In this document: positions 53,670 to 64,000 of the stretch, in pieces | Position numbering within the stretch: the stretch's first letter is position 1 | Layout of the letters: every line of letters begins with the position of its first letter | Translations under genes and position numbers: made by a program | The notes under the pieces: generated by a model | Told to the model about the DNA's origin: nothing | Seen by the model: only the letters and a program-made list of their open reading frames with translations | Databases searched by the model: none | IMG/VR virus record: IMGVR_UViG_3300009093_000035 | Location: 184,580-248,579 of that record | Direction: 5' to 3' (one strand) | Length of the DNA: 64,000 nucleotides

Positions 53670-54533
53670 CTATTTTTCACAGGGACGGGATCAGGATGAC
53701 CTGCTACCACCAGCGTCGAAGGGGACGCCCGTTGATGTCGTAGCCGAGCGAAGCGAGCTGGGCTTCGTGGCGCCAGTTGCTCAACTCCATCTCCCGACGG
53801 TACTCGTTGATCTCGTCGGGGTCCATCTGGATCTTCTCGCCGAGCGCGCGGAGGAAGTCGTTCCTCATGATGCGCGTCTCGCGAAGATCGGCCTGAGGAT
53901 CCGAGCGTTGGGAGGTCATGAGACCCGCCATGAGAACGAACCCGTCTGCGATCTGACCGCGTTCCGGATTCCGATCCACGTGGATGTTCGAGGGAGTCGG
54001 GCTGGCGTTGTAGACGTACCCCCTCGCGTCGAGTTCGTAGAGGGCGAGGAGGAACGTCGTCGCGGCGAGGCTCCGAAGTCCCTTCACCATCTTCACGAAG
54101 GACTTCGCGGCGTCTTCGCCGAAGGACTCCTGGATCCCCTTGTGGATGGCGAGAAGGCGCTCGGACCCCACGTCATTCCGATTCGCTCCGTAGCCGCTGT
54201 AGTATTCAGCGGTGGAGGCCATGCCGGTGGAAGAGATGATTTCGCGGAGAGTACGGGGTCGGGTCACTTTCGGTTGATTCCTTTCTCGATGAGCTTGTGG
54301 ACCATGACAGCGAGCTTCTCCCAGTCCCGAGGGTCGAGATCTCCCGCGCACTCCTCGATCGCTTCGACGAGAGGAGTCGTAAGCTCCCCCACCGCGTGAT
54401 CGTAGGCCTCGCGGGCTTGCTCCTTCTCGAAGCCGCGATTCTGAGCGATACAAGACCGCGCCTGCTCCGCGAGGTCGATCGCCTCGCGGAGCTTACCCAG
54501 GGTCACTCTGATCATTCGAGTCCTTCCAAGTCC

Positions 54534-54562
54534 GTAACGAACGCCGCGCCTGACTTTACACT
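54534..54562 (-). promoter_or_regulatory. Bipartite promoter
   Basis: AGTGTA-N13-CGTTCGTTAC. Confidence 0.75.
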
Positions 54563-56646
54563 CATTCGTTCGAGACTGTCTTTCCGCGGCGAGTCGTTCC
54601 GAATTGGGAGACCATCCACTCCAATTTCTTCACGAGGAGCTTCGGCATGTCCTTCAGTTCCGAGGCGTAGACATGATCCTCGAAGAGCGTCTGAACGGAC
54701 TTGGATCCCTCCCCCAAGCCGACGCCCACGAGATGAATCCCGGCTTCCTTCGCTCGACGGATCTGACCCTTGATGACCTCTTCGTGTTCCGGGTCTGGTT
54801 CCCCGTCAGTGACGATGAAAAGGGTTCGGTGTCCCTCCTTCCGGGTCGAAAGAGCTTTCAACCCGAACTCGATCCCGTCCGCCATCGGCGTCCCACCCTG
54901 GGCGACCAGGTTCCCCAGCCTCCAGGCCACGTCCTGGTATCTCTCCTCGAAACCCTTGAAGACGTCGTAGGTGATGGGATAAACGCGGTGGTACTTCGCT
55001 GCCTCGGACCAAGATATGGTTTTCACCAAATCCTTCCAAGATTCCATGTCAACTCGGAACCCCGCGATCGCGAACTTCGCGCCGATCGAAGAGAGACCGT
55101 CGCTCAAGATGTAGAGGGCCCGTTTGGTGTTGATCGGCTTCGTCCCCTCTTTCATTGAACTGGACTCGTCCAGTACGATGATGGCGGAGAGGGAGGTGTC
55201 GATCACTTCGGTCTCTTCGATGAACGCGCGGCTCGGCTCTCGCCCCCCGAGGACCGTGACATACGAGTCCACCAGGTAGCGCTCGCTGAGGCGAGTTCCT
55301 TTTCGAACACCGTGGATGTGGTCGCCGTTCTCTAGGGCTCGGAACATGTTGCGGAGCTTCGAACGAAGGTACGACGTCTCGGACTTCGTAGAGGCGACGA
55401 TCTCCTTCAGGACTCGACGGGCTTCCTTCTCGTTCCCTCCGACCATGACAACCCGGTCGTCGGTCGTGGAGTAGGGTCGGTAGGGCTTCTCCCCCTCTTC
55501 CATCTTCGAGTCTTCGTCCTCGAAGGTCTGACTGAGGACGCTCTCCAAGGCGCTCGCGTAGTCCTTCAACCCGCTCGGGTCGGAGGTGATGATCTCGGCC
55601 GCCGCCTTCTTCTCGTCCTGAGGCTTCGAAGGTTCGGGCTTCGCCGGTTCCGGAGCCCAAGCCAGTTCATGTAGAACGCTCAGGAGTCGAAACGCTAGTT
55701 CGGTGCTGATTCCGAACTGGAGCTTCGCTATTCGGATCTCTCGTTCGGAGCCTACGTTGGGGATGGCGTCCTTCAGAAGAGGGGCGAGTGCTCCAGTTCG
55801 GATCATCTCCACGACCTCGGGACAAACGCTCTTGTAGTGGGCGAGGGCCTCTCGCGTCTTCTCCGTGGAGTATCCGAGCCCAACTTCGCGGAAGACCGCG
55901 AGAGCGATTCGAGCTGGAGAGGGAGGGATCTTCCGGTCTCGTTCGCGGGTCGGTTCTTCCTGGTCCAAGATGAAGTCGGCCAGGTCGGCCATCTTCGTGT
56001 ACACCCCAGGAAACTCGGCGCACCCTATCCGCTCGATGCGAATGTCTTCGAAGATGTTCTGGCTCTCCATCAGAAGCGAGAGCGTCTCCGGGTCGGAGTA
56101 CGGGATCCGCGAGTTGTAGTAGGGGGCGATCGCCTTTTCGAGGTCGTTCCCTCGGATCGGACACTGGCCCGAGTAGAGGCGGTGGAACCCTTCGTGGTTC
56201 GCTCCGCCGATCAGGGCCATGAACGTTCGGACGTTGATGTTGTCGTCGGTCGCCGCGATCTGAATCGTAGGCTTCACCCGACCCTGGTTGAACTCGTCCG
56301 CCCACTCTCGATAGTTCTCTCGGGTTGGGGCACGATCCGCCCCGTCGGCGATCTTCGAGAAGTGAGCGACCTTCTCGATCGCAGAGCGATACGGGAAGCT
56401 GCCGATCATGAAGAAGCGCCTCCCGGCGCTCCGGATCGGAACCATGTAGCGTTCCCCGAGAATCCCGAAGAGCGTCGCACGATGTCCGGCGCGGACGCGT
56501 CCTCCATGGAGGGATCCCTCCATGGACTTCTTCGCCTTCACCTCGTGGTGAGTCGGCTTCGGCTTCGAAGGAGGCTCGGAGGTCTCGGACACTACGAGAG
56601 ACTTACTCCCAAATCCCTCGCCGGTAGCCGATCCGTTCCGCCCCAT
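54562..56646 (-). CDS. vWA (CobT/NorD-like) protein with N-terminal HExxH
   Basis: HEGFH, NIFEDIRIE, DESSSM, GGTP, VTDGEP; true start probably downstream of 56646. Confidence 0.75.
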   Translation of the reverse strand: MGRNGSATGEGFGSKSLVVSETSEPPSKPKPTHHEVKAKKSMEGSLHGGRVRAGHRATLFGILGERYMVPIRSAGRRFFMIGSFPYRSAIEKVAHFSKIADGADRAPTRENYREWADEFNQGRVKPTIQIAATDDNINVRTFMALIGGANHEGFHRLYSGQCPIRGNDLEKAIAPYYNSRIPYSDPETLSLLMESQNIFEDIRIERIGCAEFPGVYTKMADLADFILDQEEPTRERDRKIPPSPARIALAVFREVGLGYSTEKTREALAHYKSVCPEVVEMIRTGALAPLLKDAIPNVGSEREIRIAKLQFGISTELAFRLLSVLHELAWAPEPAKPEPSKPQDEKKAAAEIITSDPSGLKDYASALESVLSQTFEDEDSKMEEGEKPYRPYSTTDDRVVMVGGNEKEARRVLKEIVASTKSETSYLRSKLRNMFRALENGDHIHGVRKGTRLSERYLVDSYVTVLGGREPSRAFIEETEVIDTSLSAIIVLDESSSMKEGTKPINTKRALYILSDGLSSIGAKFAIAGFRVDMESWKDLVKTISWSEAAKYHRVYPITYDVFKGFEERYQDVAWRLGNLVAQGGTPMADGIEFGLKALSTRKEGHRTLFIVTDGEPDPEHEEVIKGQIRRAKEAGIHLVGVGLGEGSKSVQTLFEDHVYASELKDMPKLLVKKLEWMVSQFGTTRRGKTVSNE

Positions 56647-57093
56647 CGTGGCACTCGATGTGGAGCGTCGAGAGATCCGAGACCGCCCCGATCTTCAGCT
56701 CATCGAGACCGCTGAGCGGGAGGTAGTCGCGCCCGGGGAACTTCTCCTTCCAGTCGCTCAGGAACTTCGGGACCGCGAGCACCAGCTCGTACTGGAGACG
56801 ACGGAAGAAGTCCGCGTCGTACATGTCCGCGAAATCGGGGGCGAAGTCCCGCATCGCCGCCTCGGCGGCCAGACTCGCCTCGACCATCTCGATCGGATCC
56901 TTCCGCTCGTAGTCGGCCGGGGTCCGAGGGCGACGGTAGGCGAACTGATCTTCGGCCTCGTTGTGGAGGCGTTGACGATCGAGGGCCTCGATGAACCCAG
57001 GGTAGGTGAGGAGGAACAAGCGCTCTTCGTCGGAGCCGCTGTGTTCGGACGACCAACCGCCCCCGTAGCAGGGGCTGTAGAGGATTGCGACGC

Positions 57094-57477
57094 TCATGCT
57101 GCCTTCTTCGAGCCCTCGTACCGGGCCCTCTCGTTATCACGGGCGGTCGCCCACTCCGCGCAGTCGTCTTCGTAGGAGCGGAGTTTCTCCGGACTCTCCC
57201 ACCAAACCTTCAACTCGACGCCGCCCTGACGAGGGCACGTCCAGAGGACCGGGATCTCTCGAAGGAGACCCTCCGCCCGACAACGGGCGACGTGGGCCTT
57301 CACCTTCGCTCGGTTCGGCTTCGCGACGGGGAACGCGATCGAGCCGGCCCACACGCGAGGGTCGTCCTGCTGGAGGACGACGCCCTGGAGCGGCTTCTGC
57401 CAGCAGTCGGGATGGGCCGCCTGGTACGGCCATCGCTTCGAACCCACCACATCGCCCGGCTGGAACGTCTTCGTCAT
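57094..57477 (-). CDS. Hypothetical protein
   Basis: Immediately downstream of promoter 57484-57512. Confidence 0.6.
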   Translation of the reverse strand: MTKTFQPGDVVGSKRWPYQAAHPDCWQKPLQGVVLQQDDPRVWAGSIAFPVAKPNRAKVKAHVARCRAEGLLREIPVLWTCPRQGGVELKVWWESPEKLRSYEDDCAEWATARDNERARYEGSKKAA

Positions 57478-57483
57478 GACCTA

Positions 57484-57512
57484 GTAACGAACGAGACCTC
57501 GAAGGCTACACC
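57484..57512 (-). promoter_or_regulatory. Bipartite promoter
   Basis: GGTGTA-N13-CGTTCGTTAC. Confidence 0.75.
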
Positions 57513-58000
57513 TTCGATTTCCGTTTCCGTTCCTGAAGGAATCTCATGAGGGCGACCTGGCAGTGCGGAGCGTTCGAGAGGATCTCCATCGTCATCCGGT
57601 TCGTCGCCCACCGAGAGTCGTCGAGCGCGACCCTGTCCCAGGTCTTCCCTCGAACCTTCCATCTTTTCTCGGACATTCCTTCAGGTAGGTCCGTGTTGTT
57701 CCAGTAGGCGTAGTCCTGGATCCATCGAGGGAGACGACCGATCTTCTCGATCAGACGCGGAAGTCCGTAGGGGATCACGTAGACATACTTCGTGTATCCG
57801 CGGTCCGGATCGACGAAGACATGGAGCCCCGCGTCTCCGTAGGCCCTCACGAAGTTCTCGCTCCCGGTCACTGAGTCCACGAAGTCGTACTCGGAAGCGA
57901 GCTTCATGACGCCGTTCCAGATCCGAGAACGGAGGAACTCGACGCCGCGAGAGAAGTCCTGGAACCGGAATCGGAACCCGTAGTAGATCTTCGTACTCAT
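57506..58000 (-). CDS. Hypothetical protein
   Basis: MSTKIYYG..YWNNTD.PE phage-like motif. Confidence 0.6.
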   Translation of the reverse strand: MSTKIYYGFRFRFQDFSRGVEFLRSRIWNGVMKLASEYDFVDSVTGSENFVRAYGDAGLHVFVDPDRGYTKYVYVIPYGLPRLIEKIGRLPRWIQDYAYWNNTDLPEGMSEKRWKVRGKTWDRVALDDSRWATNRMTMEILSNAPHCQVALMRFLQERKRKSKV

Positions 58001-58480
58001 GGATCACTTACCCTCCGAGAAGGTTCCGATGAAGCCGAGGCGCTCTCGACCTTTCCCGGGACAGTCATGACACGGCGTCTCGACGTAGGGGTGGAGCGGG
58101 CCCGGCTCTGGGAGAGAGGGAAGGCGGGCCTTCACGCACCGCTTCCAGAAGCACCCCGTCGCGTCCGGATAGGCGTCCTGGAACTCGCAGTAGCGTCGAG
58201 CGGCCTCGACCTGGTCTGGGGTGGCGGAAGGGCTCCCGGGGCCTCCTAGGCAGCCGGAAAGACCCTCCTCAGGAGTCTTCCTCACCGACCAGCTCCAGGA
58301 TCCCTCGGGCCAGCTCCCGAGCCGTCTCGCGGTCGATCTTGAGGAACGAGGTTACTCGTCCCGGGGTTCCGCTGGGACGGGTGAGGAGAACGTCTCCCGT
58401 CCCCGTGATCATCACACCCACCGTCCGCGAAGAGTCGTCTTCGACGAAGAGGTAGCCCTTGGTCTTGTTGATCTCGATCA

Positions 58481-58948
58481 TCATCGCTGGAAGTTCCTCG
58501 TCTGTCCATACTCCTTCGTCACCGTCACGGACGAGGGGGAGACATCGATGGTCAGCCCACCGCAGCCGCCTTCGAGGACGAAGTCGAGCGCCTGCTGATA
58601 GGTCGGGAGGGGCTCCCGACGAAGCCAATCGGTCTTCTGATGCCAGAGGTCCCCGACCGTCGAGAGGTACTTCGCGAGGGCTTCCGCCGTCGGGAAGACG
58701 GGAGTGACCGGAGAGCCCTCGCTCACTTTCTCCCAGACCTGCCATCCTTCCCCGGAGGGCGGATCGACGTCGACTAGGCCGTACCCGAAGCACTCCTGGC
58801 AGTCCTCTCTCCGAACGAAGTTGGAACCGGCCTTCGGTCGGGCGCGGCACTTCGCGCACTTCGCCATTCCCGAATCGAGGAACCCGGGCCAGGTCTCTTC
58901 GAGCGGATGGTTGAAGTCGAGGGGGACGCGGTAGATCTGTCGGCTCAT
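58481..58948 (-). CDS. Hypothetical protein
   Basis: RVPLDF..GWQVWEKVSEGSPVTPVF phage-like motif. Confidence 0.6.
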   Translation of the reverse strand: MSRQIYRVPLDFNHPLEETWPGFLDSGMAKCAKCRARPKAGSNFVRREDCQECFGYGLVDVDPPSGEGWQVWEKVSEGSPVTPVFPTAEALAKYLSTVGDLWHQKTDWLRREPLPTYQQALDFVLEGGCGGLTIDVSPSSVTVTKEYGQTRNFQR

Positions 58949-60208
58949 GTTGCGGGCTCCACGTTCTGGACGCAGGCGGCGACCAGATGGTCACACATCT
59001 GTTCGTAGCCGAAGGTCTCGTTCAGATCTTCGCGCGAGATCTCGTTCCAGCCACAGTGACCGACGAGGGGTTGCTCGGCCGCGACCGATCCGCACTTCTC
59101 GCACTTCACCCTCGGCATGATCGCCGGTCGGGTCTGCATAACGAAGACCCTCATGGCGTCGACCTCGTTCCGAAGTCGACGACGAGTTCCGTCTCGGTGA
59201 AGACGCGCCAGACCTTGAACTCGTGAGAGACCTTCCGCGCTTCCACCAGCGCGAGTTCCGAGGTCCCGAACAAGAAGGCTTCCTCGCGCTTCGAGGTCGT
59301 CCCCGAATAGGGAGCCTCGGGATTCTTCCCAGAGTAGGTGAGGTAGAGGGGTCCGGGACTTCCGACCGCGTCCACGGCGACGTTGTTGAGGGACACGACG
59401 TAGTAGATGGCTGAAGCCTTCATGTTCAACCTCCCACCACGAAGGCCGGAGCTGGCTTTTCGCCGGGGCTCGCGTTCTCCGGGCCCGCCCATTCGGCGAA
59501 GCTCTCGCGACCGCGATTCTGTGAGACCGCGACGGTGGTGACACCGGAGCCGGTCATCGTTCGGTACGAGTGATCCGGGCCTCCCGCCACGAGGACGGGG
59601 AGATCGTCGGACGCGCCTTCGAGCGCCTTCCGGAGCGCCCCCACGGTGAGGTACCGACGGATCACCGGGGTACCGCTCCGATCCCGAGGTCGACCGCATC
59701 GCGCTCGACCTTCACGGGCGGATCCTGGATCCGAATCCCGAGTCGAGGGCCGTGGGTGCGGACGAGACGGCCGATCGCCTCGTCCGAGGTCTTCCCACAG
59801 TCCCACATCTCTCGCTTCCCCTCGATGTAGGCCATCGTGTCGGTCGCCCGCTTCTCCAGAATGATCGTCGTCATGAGTTCCTCGCTCTAGCCACTCTCTC
59901 GGCGTGAGCGGCGCGAGCCGCTTCCCGAACCCGACCGTAGAGCGACCGTCGCTCTTCGACCGGAAGATCCCGAGCCTTCACGCATCGGACTCGCTCGCAC
60001 AGGAAGAACCCGGGGCCGTCCGTCGCGCCGCAGACTTCATCGTCCGTGTAGTAGGCCGTTCCGATCGGCTTCCCGCACGCGTCGCACGGAGTGCTTTCCC
60101 GAAAGCGTCCCGAGCCGGTGTGTCGATCGGTGTAGGCGAAACGGCGGAGCACGTTGCTCACGACGAGACCCTCACGAACCGGCGCTGACGAATCGTTCCC
60201 ATACACGC

Positions 60209-60237
60209 CTAACGAACGAGGAAGCTCCCGTTACACT
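60209..60237 (-). promoter_or_regulatory. Bipartite promoter
   Basis: AGTGTA-N13-CGTTCGTTAG. Confidence 0.7.
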
Positions 60238-61153
60238 GTTCGGAAAGCGAACGTGGGGATCGGATTCTCCGAGACTCGGCCTCCGTCGTCCGCCCACCGA
60301 TCGAGCGCCAGAGCCTCTTCGGAATACCCACGCGATTTCAGGATCTTCAGAACGAAGTTCTGCGGGTCCCGACTCTGGGGAATCTTGAGGAAGATCCGAA
60401 CGACAGGATCGTACTTCATGGAGGCCCCTCCCGCCGGACTCTCCGGCCGGAGATTCTCCCGGGTGCGGCGAAGAATGAGATCCGGGTCGAGGTTCGTCCT
60501 CCGAACGAGGTCCTTCACTTCTTGGATGAGATCCTTCATCGCTTCTCTCCTACCTTCGGGAAGACCCGTAGAAGCACTGGGTGCAGTTGTAGTTCACCGG
60601 AGCCGAGAGGAAGATCGCCTTGTAGGTCTTCCCGCACTTCGGGCACACGTAGGACTCCTCGGGGAGCGAGGGACCTACGAAGAGAGGGGTGGCCTCCTCG
60701 GGGGGCGTAGCGGGCTCGGATGGAGCCGGGGAGGGCTCCTTCGGGGGCTCAGGCTCCGCAGCCCCGAGAAGCGCGAGGATGTCGTTCATGACTTCTTCAT
60801 TCGCTCGCGAAACAGGACGAAGGCCTTCTCGACGGCTCTGAGAACGCGAATGAGGTTTCGGTCCTTCCGCTTCGAGAGGGCGTCGTAGAGAACCTGGTCC
60901 ATCCCGTAGAGCCGACCGTAACAACTAGCCGTTCGGAGAAGGATGTCAGAGGCGAATTTCCGAACCTCCTCAGCGAGGTAGATCTCATTCTCCCACGCGA
61001 TGCGAGTGCGGTTGAACTCGCCCAGCTTCCGAAGTTCGACGTCTCGTGGCTCCCACTTCAGGATGACCCGACGTTCGTACTCGACCGCGAGCCGATAAGC
61101 GCGAAACGCTGCTTCCAGGGTTTCCGAATCGGGCTCGGGGATCTTGTAGAGGC

Positions 61154-61891
61154 TCATCCCTCTTCCTCGTCCGGAGCGACGATCCCCGGAAGGGCCGGAA
61201 CGGAGGGTCCGCTCCCGAGACGGTTCTGGAGCGACTCGACGCCGAGCTTGTGGAGGGAGAGGGCCATGAAGGCTTCAATCTCCGCCTTCACGGTCGCCGA
61301 GACCTTCTCCGAAGCCTCCTGGAACGACTCCAGAACGAAGGGGGCGTTCGACTGGATCTCCTGGAGAGCCTTCTCCACGGCCCAGATGATCTCCTTCTTG
61401 TCGTCCTTCGAGAGCGTCTTCTTGTCGAGGAGCGTCCGCGTCGTCTCGACCTTCTCCTTCAGGAACCCCACGAGGGTCTTCATCTTCAGACGGAAGGTCT
61501 TCTGGATCTTCTCCGCCTCGGTACGCTCACCGGGAGGCGGGTCCTCCATCCTCTCGTGAAGGATGGAGTTGATCGTGCAGGGGACTCCTCCGCCCATGTT
61601 GAGGCTCGTGATCATCTCTGCGAACTGGGCCGGCGAGAGATCGATCTCGATCAGCGTCTTCAGGTTCCCGTGGTACCAGTCCCGGCTGAGGCTGTGCTTC
61701 ACGGAGGCCTGGGTGATCGAGAGCCGGAAGAACGTCCCGTGTTGCTCGATGCTCGAACCGAAGAGGTGGCGACCTCCCTGGATTCGTCCGATCGAGACCA
61801 TCCCGAAGGACTCGTGCTCCTCCTCGAACTCGGTGTCGAGGGACGAGTTCACGGTCTCGGTGCGCTTGTAGGGGCGGCGGAAGTCGAACAT
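61154..61891 (-). CDS. Conserved phage hypothetical protein
   Basis: H.SFGMV..R, LFGS, LSPAQFAEMITSLN.G.GVPCT. Confidence 0.7.
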   Translation of the reverse strand: MFDFRRPYKRTETVNSSLDTEFEEEHESFGMVSIGRIQGGRHLFGSSIEQHGTFFRLSITQASVKHSLSRDWYHGNLKTLIEIDLSPAQFAEMITSLNMGGGVPCTINSILHERMEDPPPGERTEAEKIQKTFRLKMKTLVGFLKEKVETTRTLLDKKTLSKDDKKEIIWAVEKALQEIQSNAPFVLESFQEASEKVSATVKAEIEAFMALSLHKLGVESLQNRLGSGPSVPALPGIVAPDEEEG

Positions 61892-61929
61892 GGGGGACGC
61901 CTTTCTTGACGCGAAGGTCTCGCATTCAA

Positions 61930-61958
61930 GTAACGAACGGGGCGCCTCCCTTTACACT
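61930..61958 (-). promoter_or_regulatory. Bipartite promoter
   Basis: AGTGTA-N13-CGTTCGTTAC. Confidence 0.75.
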
Positions 61959-62552
61959 CCAGGCTCGCACTTACAATCTTCCGGATGCTTCCCACATCCG
62001 CGGCAGACGATCCGGTTCACGCACGAGCTACAGATGTAGTGACCGTCCGACTCGCATTCGCCCGCCGGTTTCCCCCTCTTGAAGTCTGGGCAGGGGAACT
62101 TCGGGTCTCGGACCCCGTCCATCCACATCCCCTCGCCCGTCAATTGGGCGAGGCGGATCTTCTTCTTGGACAGTTCCTTCTCAGTGGATTCGATCTCGTC
62201 TCGAAGAGACCGGACCTCTTCCAAGAACTCGGCGCTCATGCCCTACTTCGTTCGGGCGCGGAGGAGCTTCTCGATCCGGGCCTCCTCGGCGAACGCTTCC
62301 CGAAGGTAGTTCATGAGGTGGGGCTCGGGGCCGTCCCCCGGCGGGGGAAGGTCGATACGTCCCAGGGTCCGACTCTCCCAGACCCGAGGGCCTAGAATTT
62401 TCCGGACTTGGGTGATTTCCACGGGCGCTTCTCTCGGCTCGTGCATTTGCTTTGTCCCTACCCTAGGCCGGCGAATAGTCGGATCCTTCACCCTCCCTTT
62501 ACGCTCTTTCGTTCTTGATACTAGCCCAAAAATCCCTGGGGATCTTGGACGG

Positions 62553-62723
62553 TCAAGCGAGGGGCTCGGGGAGGATTTTCTTGCGGTGTCTCTCGATCAC
62601 CAAGTCCATTCCCTCGCGAACGTAAATCGCTACCGGGACCCGAGTCTTCTCGGAGAGGAGCTTCAGGGCGTCGTACTGATCTTGGTGGAGGTAGACCGTG
62701 GTGCTGATCTTTTTTCGGGACAC
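62553..62723 (-). CDS. Ribbon-helix-helix DNA-binding protein (56 aa, not in ORF track)
   Basis: Manual translation MSRKKISTTVYLHQDQYDALKLLSEKTRVPVAIYVREGMDLVIERHRKKILPEPLA. Confidence 0.75.
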   Translation of the reverse strand: MSRKKISTTVYLHQDQYDALKLLSEKTRVPVAIYVREGMDLVIERHRKKILPEPLA

Positions 62724-62732
62724 GAGCGACTC

Positions 62733-63314
62733 CTAAGTCCGACGAGAATTGGATAGACCTTCGGCGACCTTCAGGCTGAGGCCGAGACACTCTACGTAGA
62801 GATGGGCTTCTTCTATCTCGCTCATGCCCTCCGCCGTCTCGATCACTCTCGCGTTCGGAGGGATCGTTCGACCCCACGCGCTTCGAAGGCGGATACAGTC
62901 GAGGAGGAGCCTGGCCCTCTCGTTCCGAATGAACCCGACGGATAGGGTTCGAGGCGCCAGGAGCCTTCTCACTGCGGAGAGAGTCCGACGTCGTAGGGCT
63001 TTCGTCGCGAGAGGGATGTCGAGGGTCTCCTTCCGAGGAACGGACGTAGTGATTCCGATCCCATGAGAAGCGGCATGAACCCCTAGCTCGGTCTCGTGGA
63101 TGTAGTAGGGGTGGACGAGGATCACCTGTACGGGACTCTTCGTTGAGTCGTGGAGGATCTTCTGGACGTCGGTCGTGACGCAGAGGAAGTCCCAGTCGCT
63201 GTCCGGACGAGCGCAACCCGAGGCGCGACTTCCGATCAGGATGATCCGATCGTTCAGAGAGCGCCCCTTCGACTCCAAGGCGTCCCTCAGACACGAGTAG
63301 GGGTTCTCAACCAT
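62733..63314 (-). CDS. Minimal nucleotidyltransferase-like protein
   Basis: LIGSRASG.ARPDSDWDFL. Confidence 0.6.
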   Translation of the reverse strand: MVENPYSCLRDALESKGRSLNDRIILIGSRASGCARPDSDWDFLCVTTDVQKILHDSTKSPVQVILVHPYYIHETELGVHAASHGIGITTSVPRKETLDIPLATKALRRRTLSAVRRLLAPRTLSVGFIRNERARLLLDCIRLRSAWGRTIPPNARVIETAEGMSEIEEAHLYVECLGLSLKVAEGLSNSRRT

Positions 63315-63879
63315 CCAGCCTCTTGTCCGGGGAGGAGACGATGTTCAGATTCGAGTAGATCACCATCCCTCGAACGTTGTGGACAACCTCTCCGTAGATC
63401 CAGTACTCGGCGACCTGAGGGAATCCCTTAAATCCCTTCGGGTTTCGAAGATAGGTCCAGCTGTCGCGAGGTCCGTGAAGGTACCCGCCGGAGGCGAGGA
63501 CTCCCTTTCGGATCGTCTCAGACCGAACCTTCGCCGGGATCTTCAACCATTCTTCAAGAGCCCGAGGATTCGAGAGTTTCGGGTCCGGGGCTCCTCGAAC
63601 CAGGTTGCGGATCTCGGCCTCCATGAGGTCGAACATGCGGATCTTCCTTCCGCACTTCCCACACTCCGCGTCGTAGCCGAAGTGATCCACTCCGGTGACG
63701 TACATCTCGAACCCAAAGACCCATCGCTTCGACACGTACCACGAGTGACCTTTCGTCACGCATTCGCGCTCGCGGTACCTCGTGTAGGCTTCTTCAGCGA
63801 GGGTTCGGACCCGTCGGAAGCGATCTCTCAGGGTGTACTTCCTCGGGGCTCCGCGAGCGTTCTTCCGATACGGGCTCAC
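63307..63879 (-). CDS. Hypothetical protein
   Basis: Operonic, 190 aa. Confidence 0.5.
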   Translation of the reverse strand: MSPYRKNARGAPRKYTLRDRFRRVRTLAEEAYTRYRERECVTKGHSWYVSKRWVFGFEMYVTGVDHFGYDAECGKCGRKIRMFDLMEAEIRNLVRGAPDPKLSNPRALEEWLKIPAKVRSETIRKGVLASGGYLHGPRDSWTYLRNPKGFKGFPQVAEYWIYGEVVHNVRGMVIYSNLNIVSSPDKRLDG

Positions 63880-64000
63880 TGAGGCCTCCGGTTCGAGAGA
63901 TGGGTCTCGATCGTCCGGAAGATCTTCTGCGCGAGGTCCTTGTCGTCGACCGAGATGCGCCCGATCGACTCCTTGACCACTACACGCTTCGAGGCCTCGA

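Noticed and set aside
1-64000. CRISPR array
   Set aside because: No regularly spaced direct repeats or cas genes; the recurrent 29-nt motif is dispersed and promoter-like

Overview
High-GC window from a large (jumbo-type) phage genome, probably infecting Myxococcota (Polyangiaceae-like RHH, FmdB and TROVE proteins; inference). The left end has the start of a class II RNR and DNA pol III delta/delta'-like genes. Positions ~3.86-15.0 kb hold a minus-strand RNA operon: about 51 tRNA genes (none with encoded CCA), a full tmRNA (tag ANDSSYDQLAQAA), an HNH nuclease and a Ro60/TROVE gene. Hidden between the tRNAs are six Y-RNA-like genes sharing a Ro-binding-type stem; three carry a circularly permuted YrlA-type tRNA module and three are minimal. 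Also present are three 8/4-fold tRNA-Ser, two anticodon-less oversized Leu-tRNA mimics, a TLD-only mini-tmRNA, two double-T-loop RNAs and other structured spacers. A leader-peptide attenuator precedes the operon, and a 30-nt long-range inverted repeat like an rRNA boxA/processing stalk brackets most of it. Further right lie a CCA-adding enzyme, two divergent sigma-like genes, putative virion proteins sharing a leader motif, a C39 peptidase, two tail-fibre-like genes, GroEL, Dps, SET, RlaP-like nucleotidyltransferase, a solitary tRNA(CAU), PTP, ThyX, Dcd, RNase HII, Thg1-like, GHKL and vWA proteins, and many small hypothetical genes. A 14-copy bipartite promoter (AGTGTA-N13-CGTTCGTTAC) precedes many of these genes. 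All structures were folded by eye and all family calls come from motif recognition, not database searches.
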